Virus record (IMG/VR): IMGVR_UViG_3300050821_008714
Strand: one strand, 5' to 3'
DNA length: 64,000 bases
Source of the DNA: an uncultured virus (IMG/VR IMGVR_UViG_3300050821_008714)
Lineage: Duplodnaviria; Heunggongvirae; Uroviricota; Caudoviricetes
Shown here: one piece after another, positions 36,328 to 45,391 of the stretch
How the letters are laid out: every line of letters begins with the position of its first letter
How positions within the stretch are numbered: the stretch's first letter is position 1
The notes under the pieces: generated by a model
Databases searched by the model: none
Seen by the model: the letters and a program-made list of their open reading frames with translations, nothing else
Told to the model about the DNA's origin: nothing
Translations under genes and position numbers: made by a program

Positions 36328-38111
36328 CCCTTCACCCATCTCTCTTCTAGGATCTTGCCGTCCCAGGTGAGCGGCACCCGGTACGTCTCGCGGTCGGTCA
36401 GGATGCGGGTCATCGTGGCCAGCGCGTCCTTAGCCTGGTCCTTGGGGAACTCGCCCATGATCTCGTCGTGGATCGTCAGGCGCAGGAACGGGCCGAGCCC
36501 GGCCGCGTCGAGCTCGATCACCTTGAGCTTGAGGATCTCCGCGCTGTGCCCCTGGATCATGTAGTTCAGGCCCGCGTACTCGCGGTTGCGGTCGGTGTAC
36601 AGCACCCGGCCCGTCGGCGTGGTCACGAAGCCCCGGCGCCCGGCGCGCACCTCGGCCTTGCACCGCATGATGATCCGCTGCATCAGCCGGTCCAGGCCCG
36701 GATACATCTGGCCGAACGCGTTGTACACCGGCTCTGCCTGCGCCACCGGCACACCGGCCGTCAGCGCCATGCGATCGAGGCCGGACCCGTAGATCCGCGC
36801 GTACGTCGAGTTCTTCGTCAGCTGGCGGCGCACGTCGGACTTCGGGATGTCCTTAGGGTCCTCCTGGAAGATCCGACCGGCCATCAGCCGGAAGAAGTCG
36901 ATGCCGGACCCGTCGGCGTCGTGGAACATCTCGATCATGCCCGGGTCGTCGGAGAAGTGCGCGGCCATCCGCGCCTCGATCTGGTCGGCGTCCACGGTGA
37001 CGAACGCGCTGCCCGGACGCGGCCGGTACGATCCCCGGATCATCGGCACGTCCCGGTCGAAGGTCTGCATCGGCGGATCCGTGACGGACTGGCGCGAGGT
37101 GCGCGCCTGGCAGGTGTTGATCGAGGCGTGGATCACGTCGTCGGAGTCACGCAGCTCCAGGAACTTGCGCAGGTGGTCGTTCACGATCTTGTTTGTCTTG
37201 CGCGCGTAGCTGATGGTCTCGATCAGGTGCCGGTGCTCCGGGTAGGTGTTCGCATACAGCTTCAGCGTGTCCTTGTCGGTCGACGCCGCCCCGTTCTTCG
37301 TCCACACCAGCGTCGGGATGCCGACCGAATGCAGCGCCCGCTCGATCTGCGCGGCCGAGTTGACCGAGGTGAGCCCGAACTCCTGACGCAGCCAGGCCAT
37401 GGCGCCGCGCTGCCACGTCTCCATCTGCTCGATCTGCCGCTCGATGTACGGCACGTCGAGCAGCATCCCCGCGTCCATCATGCCGGCCGCGATCCGGCCG
37501 GTGGCCCGCTCCAGGTCGTACGCCTCCCGGAACTGACTCATGATCTTCGGTCCGTGCTTGTGGAACAGGTGCGCGGTGAGCACGGGGTCGAGAGCGCCGT
37601 ACGCGGTGTAGCCCGGATAGTCGAGCGGCACCGTGGCCCACGTCCAGTGGTTCTTGGCCATGGCGTCCTGCAGGATCTTCTCGCCGACCATCGCGCGCGG
37701 GTCGATGTCTTGAGCGGCGCGGGGCTTGAGCCCGTGCGCGCCGAGGGAGTCGTTCAGGTGCGTGATGGGCAGCGTGTCGTGGATCTTAGCCCAGTTGAGC
37801 TTCAGGCCCATCTGCCTGTCGATCACCCGGTAGTCGTACGGCGCGTTGTGCGCGCCGAGCTCGCCCCGGTAGTCGCGCAGGATCTCCAGGACGCCGCCGC
37901 CCCACAGCTTCGCCGGGGCGGCCCATCCGGTGCGCATGTCGCCGATCTGGATCAGACGGCACTCGTCCCGGTACGGGCTCAGGCCCGCCGACTCGGTGTC
38001 GAACATCAACGGCGTTTCCCTGCGCTCCCCGGCCCACCGCTTGCACTCGGCCAGGTCGTCAATCGACGTGATCGTACGCAGGCTCACGCCGTCAAGAACT
38101 CCGCCGGTCAC
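36324..38111 (-). CDS. polA: DNA polymerase family A with 3'-5' exonuclease (no 5' nuclease domain)
   Basis: FDTESAGL (ExoI), HNAPYD, VDADQIEARM (A), RQLTKNSTYARIYG (B), TIHDEI (C). Confidence 0.95.
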   Translation of the reverse strand: MTGGVLDGVSLRTITSIDDLAECKRWAGERRETPLMFDTESAGLSPYRDECRLIQIGDMRTGWAAPAKLWGGGVLEILRDYRGELGAHNAPYDYRVIDRQMGLKLNWAKIHDTLPITHLNDSLGAHGLKPRAAQDIDPRAMVGEKILQDAMAKNHWTWATVPLDYPGYTAYGALDPVLTAHLFHKHGPKIMSQFREAYDLERATGRIAAGMMDAGMLLDVPYIERQIEQMETWQRGAMAWLRQEFGLTSVNSAAQIERALHSVGIPTLVWTKNGAASTDKDTLKLYANTYPEHRHLIETISYARKTNKIVNDHLRKFLELRDSDDVIHASINTCQARTSRQSVTDPPMQTFDRDVPMIRGSYRPRPGSAFVTVDADQIEARMAAHFSDDPGMIEMFHDADGSGIDFFRLMAGRIFQEDPKDIPKSDVRRQLTKNSTYARIYGSGLDRMALTAGVPVAQAEPVYNAFGQMYPGLDRLMQRIIMRCKAEVRAGRRGFVTTPTGRVLYTDRNREYAGLNYMIQGHSAEILKLKVIELDAAGLGPFLRLTIHDEIMGEFPKDQAKDALATMTRILTDRETYRVPLTWDGKILEERWVKG

Positions 38112-38254
38112 CGCGCGGTCCAGTTCCTGCCGGCCTTGAACACCCATCCGTTCCAGCCCTTGCCGCAGGTGCTGCAGTAGTAGAAGAACGCGTAGCCGCG
38201 TCCGGGCATCGACGTGCGGTGCCCGTTGGCGCGGTGGAAACGGTACCGGATCAC
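38108..38254 (-). CDS. Small Zn-ribbon-like protein
   Basis: GTGA overlaps; YYCSTCGK. Confidence 0.5.
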   Translation of the reverse strand: MIRYRFHRANGHRTSMPGRGYAFFYYCSTCGKGWNGWVFKAGRNWTAR

Positions 38255-38427
38255 CACGCGGCCTCCTTCTTGCACGCCGAGCACACAGGGAGCGTCCGCT
38301 CGACGTCGTCGCGCCAGGCCATGTACGTGGCATATCCGCACAGCGGGGCACGGCCACCGAGCGGCAACAGGTGCGCCACCGTGTTCGGGACCGCGTACAC
38401 GGGCCGGTACAGCGTGCTCGGGATCAT
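38251..38427 (-). CDS. Small Zn-binding protein
   Basis: AHLL..LCG..CSAC. Confidence 0.55.
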   Translation of the reverse strand: MIPSTLYRPVYAVPNTVAHLLPLGGRAPLCGYATYMAWRDDVERTLPVCSACKKEAAW

Positions 38428-38936
38428 CGGATCACCGCCGACTGCGGGATGAGGGCCAGCAGGTTCGGATGCTTGCGCCCGGCCGCCACGAGCAGCTCGA
38501 CGACCGGCTGGGACCAGTACGGCGTGCCGGTCCGGCGGTCCACCGTCAGGTCGTCCACCACCTGCTTGTCCGTGTCGAGCAGGTGCACGTTGTCGCGCGG
38601 GATCTCGATGCGCACGACGGCGTCCGGATCCAGCGCGTCCCGCTCCGGCGGGCGGCACTTCGCGCACGGCTCGGCGTCGCCTTCGAGCTGGGCCGCGGGA
38701 AGGCACACGCCGGGGCGCGCCTGCTTCGGAGTGCGGCATGTGGTGTCATCCCGGTGGTACAGGACCGACATCGAGCGCCGGTGCACCGCCCAGCCGGATG
38801 CGTCGTCGCGCCGGTACAGCGTGATCTCGATCCAGCGTGCCCGTTCGCCGTCGTCGCTGGTCACCTCGGCCACCATCTCGCCCTCAAAGGCGGCGAGCGT
38901 GCGTCCGAAGTGGTCTTGGATGGCTACAGAAGTCAT
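38424..38936 (-). CDS. Hypothetical protein (H/C motifs)
   Basis: First gene of the leftward arm; GTTCAGGGAGGAAGG upstream. Confidence 0.7.
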   Translation of the reverse strand: MTSVAIQDHFGRTLAAFEGEMVAEVTSDDGERARWIEITLYRRDDASGWAVHRRSMSVLYHRDDTTCRTPKQARPGVCLPAAQLEGDAEPCAKCRPPERDALDPDAVVRIEIPRDNVHLLDTDKQVVDDLTVDRRTGTPYWSQPVVELLVAAGRKHPNLLALIPQSAVIR

Positions 38937-38944
38937 CGGCCCTT

Positions 38945-39004
38945 CCTCCCTGAACTTGTCCTCAGATCAGGATACACTGAAATCCGCACGATCGTTCAGG
39001 GAGG
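38945..39004. promoter_or_regulatory. Divergent control region bounded by 11-bp inverted repeats
   Basis: CCTCCCTGAAC (38945-38955) ... GTTCAGGGAGG (38994-39004); contains TTGTCCTCAG and TACACT. Confidence 0.65.
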
Positions 39005-39009
39005 ATGGG

Positions 39010-39927
39010 ATGGACTGTCAACATCAGGACTTCGACTCGCGCGACCCGATCACCCGGCAGTACGGGCTCGGCGCCGCGGCGCTGCGCTACCAGGGCCAGG
39101 GGTACGCCGTGCTGGCTTTGGCGCGCGGCCGGAAGCGCCCGCACCGGATGCTCGGCTCATACGGCGGCGTGCACTGGGCCTCGATCGACGGCAAGGCCGC
39201 CAAGTGGTCGTGGTCGCAGGACCCGGCGGCCAACGTCGGCGTGGCCTGCGGGTCGCCGTCGCGGCTGGTCGTGGTCGACCTGGACGTCAAGCACGGGGAC
39301 GACGGGCCCGGCGAGCTGACGAAGTTCATGAACGCCGGGGGCTTCGGGATCCGGGACGCGCCCATCGCGGAGACGCCGTCCGGCGGCGTGCACCTGTGGC
39401 TGCGCACACCGCGCGGGCTGCGGATCCAGGGCCGTCCCGGGATCCTGCCCGGGGTCGACATCCTCGGAGACGGGAATTTGGTGGTCGCCCCGCCCTCGAT
39501 GGCCATGCTGACGGACCGCGGAGGAGAGTCGGTCCCGGTCCCGTACCGGTGGACCCGCGGATGCTTCTGCTCGGCGCCGGACGCGCCGCCGTGGCTGCTG
39601 CAGTGGATCGCATCGGCCGGGCCCGCATCCGGCGCCGGGGAATGGCACAGCGAGGAGGACGTCGACCTCGACGGGCTCAAGGACAAAGGCGCTCCGGTCG
39701 GCTCGCGGAACAGGGAGCTGTACCGCGCGGCCTGCAAACTGCACCGCAAGCTGCCGCCGGATGCGGTGCTGGACGAGCTGAAGGCCATCTGGATGGCCGG
39801 GGATACCTCGGGGATGCCGTGGCGCGAGGTCATGGTGCTGAATGAGAGCGCCCGGAAGTTCATCGACGCGCAGAAGCGGCGCGAGTACGCGCTGCGGGAC
39901 GCCTGGCTGAGAGGCAGGACACGATGA
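39010..39927 (+). CDS. Bifunctional DNA primase/polymerase (Prim-Pol)
   Basis: ANVGVACG..LVVVDLDVKHG..TPSGGVHLW..GVDI..VVAPPS; C-terminal GSRNRELY. Confidence 0.9.
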   Translation: MDCQHQDFDSRDPITRQYGLGAAALRYQGQGYAVLALARGRKRPHRMLGSYGGVHWASIDGKAAKWSWSQDPAANVGVACGSPSRLVVVDLDVKHGDDGPGELTKFMNAGGFGIRDAPIAETPSGGVHLWLRTPRGLRIQGRPGILPGVDILGDGNLVVAPPSMAMLTDRGGESVPVPYRWTRGCFCSAPDAPPWLLQWIASAGPASGAGEWHSEEDVDLDGLKDKGAPVGSRNRELYRAACKLHRKLPPDAVLDELKAIWMAGDTSGMPWREVMVLNESARKFIDAQKRREYALRDAWLRGRTR

Positions 39928-40298
39928 AGGACATCGGACCGGCGTGGCTCGGAGACGACCAGGCACCCTGCCTGTACCGGGAGCTGTGGGAGGGGCGGGT
40001 CACCGAGGTGAACGCGGAGCCGGACGGCGATGACGACTGGTGGTTCAGCGCGTACCTCGCGCCGGTGGACGGCATCGGCAACGGCTACACCGGGCACTTC
40101 GCGCGATCCGTCGTGGCCGAGCAGGAGCGGGACCGGATGGCCGTCGGCGCCGTCGTGTGGGCGATGCAGGAGAGGGTCCACGTCGGCGGACACGTCGAGT
40201 CACGCTACGCGATCCAGATCCGCAGGGACACGGGCATCGGCGACCAGTCGTCCTGGTCCGGAGGCGCGTGGTCGTCCTGGTCCGGCGGTGTGCGGTGA
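39924..40298 (+). CDS. Hypothetical protein
   Basis: ATGA overlap. Confidence 0.6.
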   Translation: MKDIGPAWLGDDQAPCLYRELWEGRVTEVNAEPDGDDDWWFSAYLAPVDGIGNGYTGHFARSVVAEQERDRMAVGAVVWAMQERVHVGGHVESRYAIQIRRDTGIGDQSSWSGGAWSSWSGGVR

Positions 40299-40338
40299 GG
40301 GGCCCGGACCGCGGTTCGCGTTCCGCGCCGGGCCCCTC
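40297..40338 (+). terminator. Hairpin terminator
   Basis: GAGGGGCCCGG / CCGGGCCCCTC stem. Confidence 0.6.
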
Positions 40339-40476
40339 GCCGACCCCTGACGCCAGCACTAGTCTGGCACGCACCCCCTCTGGTGGAGGAGGGGACGCTC
40401 TGAGCATTCCTCGCGGAAGGAACACCCGGATGAACATGCTACCCGAACCGTCTGCGGACATCGCGGGAATCCGTCG

Positions 40477-41886
40477 GTGACCGCCACGGCGACCGCCGCG
40501 CCGGCGGCGGTGGACGTGCTGATGGGCATCCTGCAGCGGGACTACTACGTGGCCTCGACCACGGACGGGCGGCCGTTCGCGGTCCGCCTCGACGCGCCCT
40601 CGGTCATGCTCCCGATGAAGGGCGCCGCCAGCCTGAGGCAGCACCTGGCCGTGGACATGTACCGGCAGACCGGGCGCGCGGCGAACAACGAGGCCCTGAC
40701 CACGGTCCTGAACCTCGCCGAGGGCGCGGCCATGGGCAAGGCGCGGGTCACCCCGCACCTGCGCATCGCGTCCTTCCGGGGCTCGATCTACCTGGACCTC
40801 GGGCGCGCGGACGGCAGGGCCGTCGAGCTGAGACCCGGCGCGTGGCGCGTGGTCGACCGGCCGCCCGTGCTGTTCACCCGCACCGCGCTGACCGCCGAGC
40901 TGCCCCTGCCCGCGGAGGAGGGCCGGATGGAGGAGGCACGCGACCTGATCAACATCCCGTCGGTGGACGACTGGGCCCTGTACGTCGCGTGCCGGGTGGC
41001 GTCCCTGTTCCCCGGCATCACGCACCCGATCGAGGTGCTGAGCGGACCGCCGGGGTCGGCCAAGACGGCGGCGACGAGGATCACCACGAATTGGATAGAC
41101 GCCTCGCCCGCCATGCAGCCGGTGCCGCGCGACGGACGCACCTGGGCGGCCCTGGCAGGCGGGCGGTACGTGCTGGCCCTGGACAACGTGTCCGGGGTGG
41201 CGCGCTGGTGGTCGGACGCCCTGTGCAAGGCCGCGAGCGGGGACGGCTGGGTGGACCGGGCCCTCTACACGGACGGCGACCTGTACGTGGCCGCGTTCCA
41301 AAGTGTGATCGTGATGAACGGGATCACCCTGGGAGGTCTGGAGGGCGACCTGGCCGACCGGCTGGCGTCGCACCGGCTGGCCCGGATCACCTCGTACCGC
41401 TCCGACGACGAGGTCGCGGCCGTATGGGCGCTCGCGCACCCGGGCGCGCTGGCCTGGCTGCTGGACCAGACCGTCGCCGTCCTCGCGGCCATGCAGTCCC
41501 TGCCGCAGCCGACCGGGTCGGACCGCCTGATCCGCTTCTCGCAGATCGTGCAGATCATAGACAACCGCTGGCGGACGAATGCGTTGGGGGCATGGCGCGC
41601 GGGGCGGTACGAGGCCCTGGAGGACATCGCCGACGGCGACGTCATCGCGGTCGCCCTCCGCCAGGCTGTGCGCGCCGAATGGCGGGGCACGGCCACCGAG
41701 CTGCTGCACCACCTCGTGATGGCCGGAGGGCTGCAGGACGAGGGAGGGCGCCGGTGGACGCCCCGGATGCTGTCGGAGCGGCTGGAGCGCACGTCACAGG
41801 CCCTGGGGGCCATCGGCTGGCGGATAGACCGGCGCCGGGACGGACACGACCGCAAGCGGATGATCCGGATCATCCCTCCGCAGTAG
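40477..41886 (+). CDS. Primase-associated ATPase/replicative helicase (SF3-like) with C-terminal winged-helix-like domain
   Basis: Walker A GPPGSAKT; LDNVS; RALYTDGD; MNGI..DLADR. Confidence 0.8.
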   Translation: MTATATAAPAAVDVLMGILQRDYYVASTTDGRPFAVRLDAPSVMLPMKGAASLRQHLAVDMYRQTGRAANNEALTTVLNLAEGAAMGKARVTPHLRIASFRGSIYLDLGRADGRAVELRPGAWRVVDRPPVLFTRTALTAELPLPAEEGRMEEARDLINIPSVDDWALYVACRVASLFPGITHPIEVLSGPPGSAKTAATRITTNWIDASPAMQPVPRDGRTWAALAGGRYVLALDNVSGVARWWSDALCKAASGDGWVDRALYTDGDLYVAAFQSVIVMNGITLGGLEGDLADRLASHRLARITSYRSDDEVAAVWALAHPGALAWLLDQTVAVLAAMQSLPQPTGSDRLIRFSQIVQIIDNRWRTNALGAWRAGRYEALEDIADGDVIAVALRQAVRAEWRGTATELLHHLVMAGGLQDEGGRRWTPRMLSERLERTSQALGAIGWRIDRRRDGHDRKRMIRIIPPQ

Positions 41887-41940
41887 AGATACTGCTGACA
41901 AGTGCGGCCCTGCCAGTCTGTGACCGGCAGGGCCGTTCCG

Positions 41941-42264
41941 TCACACGGGCGTGCCGTGCAGAAACCATCGCTTGGCCTCGTCGTCCCACACCCATCCGGG
42001 AGGGACTAGTGCGATCATGCGGGACTTCGGAGTGCGCCACCGGCGCAGCGTCCATCCGTCCAGGCTGCCGTTCGACTCCAGGTCCGAGAGCATGGCGGAC
42101 AGCGCCTGCGGGTTGAACCGCCGATGCGGCGGCAGCGGGCGCAGGACGTCGAGCAGTTCGGTGTACGAACCCCACCACGGCTTTGCGATCTTTTCGAGTA
42201 CGGCGGTACGGACCGCATGCTCGCGGTAGGCCCGGTCTCTGATCTCGTACTTGGTAGCTGACAT
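41941..42264 (-). CDS. Stand-alone paralog of the helicase C-terminal domain (107 aa)
   Basis: WWGSYTELL..RRFNPQALS..GWTLRRWR..RMIALVPP aligns with WRGTATELL..RRWTPRMLS..GWRIDRRR..RMIRIIPP. Confidence 0.7.
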   Translation of the reverse strand: MSATKYEIRDRAYREHAVRTAVLEKIAKPWWGSYTELLDVLRPLPPHRRFNPQALSAMLSDLESNGSLDGWTLRRWRTPKSRMIALVPPGWVWDDEAKRWFLHGTPV

Positions 42265-42544
42265 GCGGACAGCGTACATGACTCGAATGACGCGTGACCG
42301 AATGCGGACGATGGTCGCACGATGTGTACCCACCCTCTGCCCCTCAATTTCTCTGGTACCAGAGAAGGTATAGGGCGGACGGTCCGCACCGTCCGCGTGC
42401 GTCCGCAGAGGTAGTGAGAGGACCCGGGAAGTGCGTCCGCATGGTCCGCAAAGCAGATGTATGTAGGCGAAATGTGCGTCCGCATAGATGTGGAGTGCTG
42501 AGTGTGCGTCCGCGTGCGTCCGCATGATCGGGTGTGCGGACGCA
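42264..42544. repeat. Iteron-like (TGC)GTCCGC(A/G) array around an 18-bp palindrome; candidate replication origin (or pac region)
   Basis: About 12 GTCCGC cores in both orientations; TTCTCTGGTACCAGAGAA at 42349-42366; locally lower GC. Confidence 0.7.
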
Positions 42545-42655
42545 CGATTCGGGGGTGTCAGATGCGGGATGCGAGGTGTGCGTCCTCGCAGGTGGGGGGA
42601 TTTTTGATCGTTGTGATCAGTTTGGCCCTATGGACGGGGATCATGGGGCCGTATC

Positions 42656-43297
42656 ATGCCGAACATGGAGGAGCAGGAGAGGCGCACGATGGACGCGGTC
42701 ATGGCCAGGCTTCTGGGCCCGATCCCGAGCCACCAGTGCAGCGCGAAGAACGCGGAGGGCGGGCCGTGCGGCATGGCGCCCGAGCCCGGCGCGACCGTAT
42801 GCCGCAAGCACGGGGGGTCGGCGCCCAGGATCTCGGCGGCGGCGCAGCAGCGCACGGCGACGCGGCAGGCCGTGCTCGACGCCAAGCGGTCGATCCTCGA
42901 CCTCACCGACGACGAGCTCATCGCGCAGTACGGCGACCCGGCCCAGACGCTGCAGTGGATCATCGCGATCTCGCGCGCGCTGGCCAGCCGGATGCAGGCC
43001 GCGCTCGCCGACAAGGAGGAGCTCACCTACCACGACGCGTTCGGCAACATCCACGTGCGCGGCGAGGTCGGCGCGCTGCTCAAGGCGGCGGACCTGGCCG
43101 GATCGCACGCCGAGCGGGCCCTGCGGCTCGGGCTGGACAAGCGCGGCCTGGACCTGCAGGAGCAGCAGCTGGCCCTGCTGGACCGGGCGCTCGACACCGC
43201 CCTGACGCAGGCCGGGCTCAACACCGAGATGCAGCGCACCGTGCGCCGGGTGCTGAGATCCGAGATCCTTGCTGCGGACAACGCCGGATCGGAGTAG
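42656..43297 (+). CDS. HGGxSTG-domain protein, candidate terminase small subunit
   Basis: CSAKNAEGGPC..VCRKHGGSAP followed by a helical region; possible leaderless start at ATG 42665. Confidence 0.6.
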   Translation: MPNMEEQERRTMDAVMARLLGPIPSHQCSAKNAEGGPCGMAPEPGATVCRKHGGSAPRISAAAQQRTATRQAVLDAKRSILDLTDDELIAQYGDPAQTLQWIIAISRALASRMQAALADKEELTYHDAFGNIHVRGEVGALLKAADLAGSHAERALRLGLDKRGLDLQEQQLALLDRALDTALTQAGLNTEMQRTVRRVLRSEILAADNAGSE

Positions 43298-43337
43298 GGT
43301 GGTGACAAGTAGTCAGATCAGGGAAGGGACAAGGACT

Positions 43338-43556
43338 GTGAACGCATACCGGATCAGCGCCGCGACCACGACCGGGGGCCGGCTCGCCACCGAGTACGCG
43401 CCCACCAAGGCCGCCGCGGTGCACCAGGCCGCCGACCGCTGGATGGACGAGGGCGCGCGCGTCATCGAGATCCACCCCGCCGAGTACCTGGGCACCGTCG
43501 AGCAGTACGAGGCGACGTTCCTCGACTCGCAGCGCGGATGGGCGGCGAAGCTGTGA
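43338..43556 (+). CDS. Hypothetical protein
   Basis: CAGGGAAGG..AAGGA upstream of GTG. Confidence 0.6.
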   Translation: MNAYRISAATTTGGRLATEYAPTKAAAVHQAADRWMDEGARVIEIHPAEYLGTVEQYEATFLDSQRGWAAKL

Positions 43557-44026
43557 AGATCACCATGAGCGACTTCGGCGGGCGCACGGTGCACGTGGAC
43601 AGGGACGGGATCTTCAGCACCGTGGTCGACGGCACCAGGTACGAGGCCGACACCCTCGTCGGGCTGCGCGACGCGGTGATGTTCCGGGCGTACAAGAGGC
43701 CCGCCGAGGCCCGGATCCAGTTCACGGTCATCGAGGGCACCGTGATCCGGCACGGCACGGCCACGGGCATCCGCCGGATCGACGGCACGATCCTCGTCAC
43801 CTGGGAGGACACGCACAAGCCCGGCGTGGTCAGCTGGTCGCACCGCACGATGAGGCGCCTGGGACCGGATGACGCGGACGCGTACCGCGAGCTGTGCGCC
43901 GACCTCGACGCGGCCCGGCACGCCGTCGAGAAGTTCGAGCTGGCCAACGGGATCAACCTCAAGGACGCGATCAGCGCCGCGCTGGCCGCGAGCAACGGCA
44001 ACGGAGACGGGAAGAGGACCGAATGA
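43553..44026 (+). CDS. Hypothetical protein
   Basis: GTGA overlap. Confidence 0.65.
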   Translation: MKITMSDFGGRTVHVDRDGIFSTVVDGTRYEADTLVGLRDAVMFRAYKRPAEARIQFTVIEGTVIRHGTATGIRRIDGTILVTWEDTHKPGVVSWSHRTMRRLGPDDADAYRELCADLDAARHAVEKFELANGINLKDAISAALAASNGNGDGKRTE

Positions 44027-44607
44027 GCGGCGAGCAGACGTTCGGCGCGTGGCTGCTGGAGCAGCGCGAGCGCGACGACACCACCGGCACGCTCGCGCGC
44101 GCCTGGGGGCAGCTGCGCGATGCGCGCGGCTACAACCGGCACACGCGGGCCAAGAGCATCAGGGAGCTGATGTCCAGCTCGCTCGGCGAGGACTGGACGG
44201 GGCTGCACGGCGACGAGGCCATCGACGCGGCCGAGGCCGAATGGAGGCAGGGCACCACGCTGCAGCCCGACCCGCAGCCGGTCCGCTCGTACCTCGGCAC
44301 CGAGGCGCAGCAGATGCCGATACCGGATGCGCCCGCGCCCATGGCCGTGCTCACGGTCGACGGCCGCCGGTACGAGCTCACGCCGGGGCGGCACTACGTG
44401 CTGACGCTGTCGCCCGTGCTGCGCGAGGCGCCGGACGAGGGCGAGCAGCCGGGCGGCGGCATCACCCTGACCGGCGAGCCGACTCTGACCGTGTGGACGC
44501 GGCCCGACGGCGGGTACGACTGGGGCGCGCTGTACGGCGTGGCAGAGCGCAACCTGCCGGACGACTTCGACCTGTCGTCGATCGGCTGGGCGGGCGAGAC
44601 CGGATGA
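44023..44607 (+). CDS. YozE-like SAM-domain protein
   Basis: TFGAWLLEQRERDDTTGTLA resembles the YozE N-terminus. Confidence 0.55.
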   Translation: MSGEQTFGAWLLEQRERDDTTGTLARAWGQLRDARGYNRHTRAKSIRELMSSSLGEDWTGLHGDEAIDAAEAEWRQGTTLQPDPQPVRSYLGTEAQQMPIPDAPAPMAVLTVDGRRYELTPGRHYVLTLSPVLREAPDEGEQPGGGITLTGEPTLTVWTRPDGGYDWGALYGVAERNLPDDFDLSSIGWAGETG

Positions 44608-44807
44608 GCGGGCCCGCACGCACCGCGGCCGTCACGGTGACGGTCGAGCTGAGCGTCACCGACACCGCGACCGAGGGCGAGATGGTCGACGCGGTGAACG
44701 CCGCGATCCGGGCCATCGAGCCTGAACGGAAGCACCCCGGCGCCACCGTCAAGGTGTGCGGCGTCACCACGGAGATCACAACGGCACACACAGGAGGGCA
44801 CCTATGA
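44604..44807 (+). CDS. Hypothetical protein
   Basis: ATGA overlaps. Confidence 0.55.
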   Translation: MSGPARTAAVTVTVELSVTDTATEGEMVDAVNAAIRAIEPERKHPGATVKVCGVTTEITTAHTGGHL

Positions 44808-45001
44808 GCGCGCTGGACCAGTTCCGGCCCATCGGCGAGCTGGCCGAGTCCGAGGACGCGGTGATCATCGAGCGGCGGGACCCCGCGCGCTGGCGCGGCG
44901 TGCTCGCCGAGGCGGTGGACCGGGCCGTGGACGACGGCGACACGGTCTACATCGTCGAGGACGGCCGCCGGGTGGCCGTGATCACGCCGATAGGCGGGTA
45001 G
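44804..45001 (+). CDS. Phd/YefM-like antitoxin-domain protein (orphan)
   Basis: LAEAVDRAVDDGDTVYIVEDGRRVAVITPI. Confidence 0.55.
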   Translation: MSALDQFRPIGELAESEDAVIIERRDPARWRGVLAEAVDRAVDDGDTVYIVEDGRRVAVITPIGG

Positions 45002-45005
45002 CCGG

Positions 45006-45257
45006 ATGGACGGCTTCTTCGAGGCGGGCCACAAGTACGTGCGCACGGACATCGTGGACGCCGGATGCGAGTTCCGGTGCTTCGCCGTGTCCGAGGCGCC
45101 GCAGCCGGGGGCGATCGGCCGGTTCGCCTTCGGGTTCGAGATCAACCGCGGCCCGGAGCAGCTGAACCGGTGGCTGCCCTACATCGAGTGCGAGCGGTAC
45201 GGCAAGCCGGCGGAGGGCGCGTGGGCCGACGCGGGGCTGTTCGTGCTGGAGTGCTGA
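45006..45257 (+). CDS. Hypothetical protein
   Basis: Operon packing. Confidence 0.55.
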   Translation: MDGFFEAGHKYVRTDIVDAGCEFRCFAVSEAPQPGAIGRFAFGFEINRGPEQLNRWLPYIECERYGKPAEGAWADAGLFVLEC

Positions 45258-45391
45258 CGCTGCTGCGGGCGCTGCTCGCCGCCGTGTGCGCCGTCGCCGG
45301 CGGCGAGGCGGCGTTCTGCGCGTGGGCCTTCCGCAACCGGCGGGAGTGTGCCACGCTAGGTGAGGACAAGTCGTTCAGGGAAGAGGAGACA

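Noticed and set aside
42264..42544. Repeat cluster as a CRISPR array
   Set aside because: Repeats are only 7-10 bp, irregularly spaced and in both orientations; no cas operon (the Cas4-like gene belongs to the recombination module)
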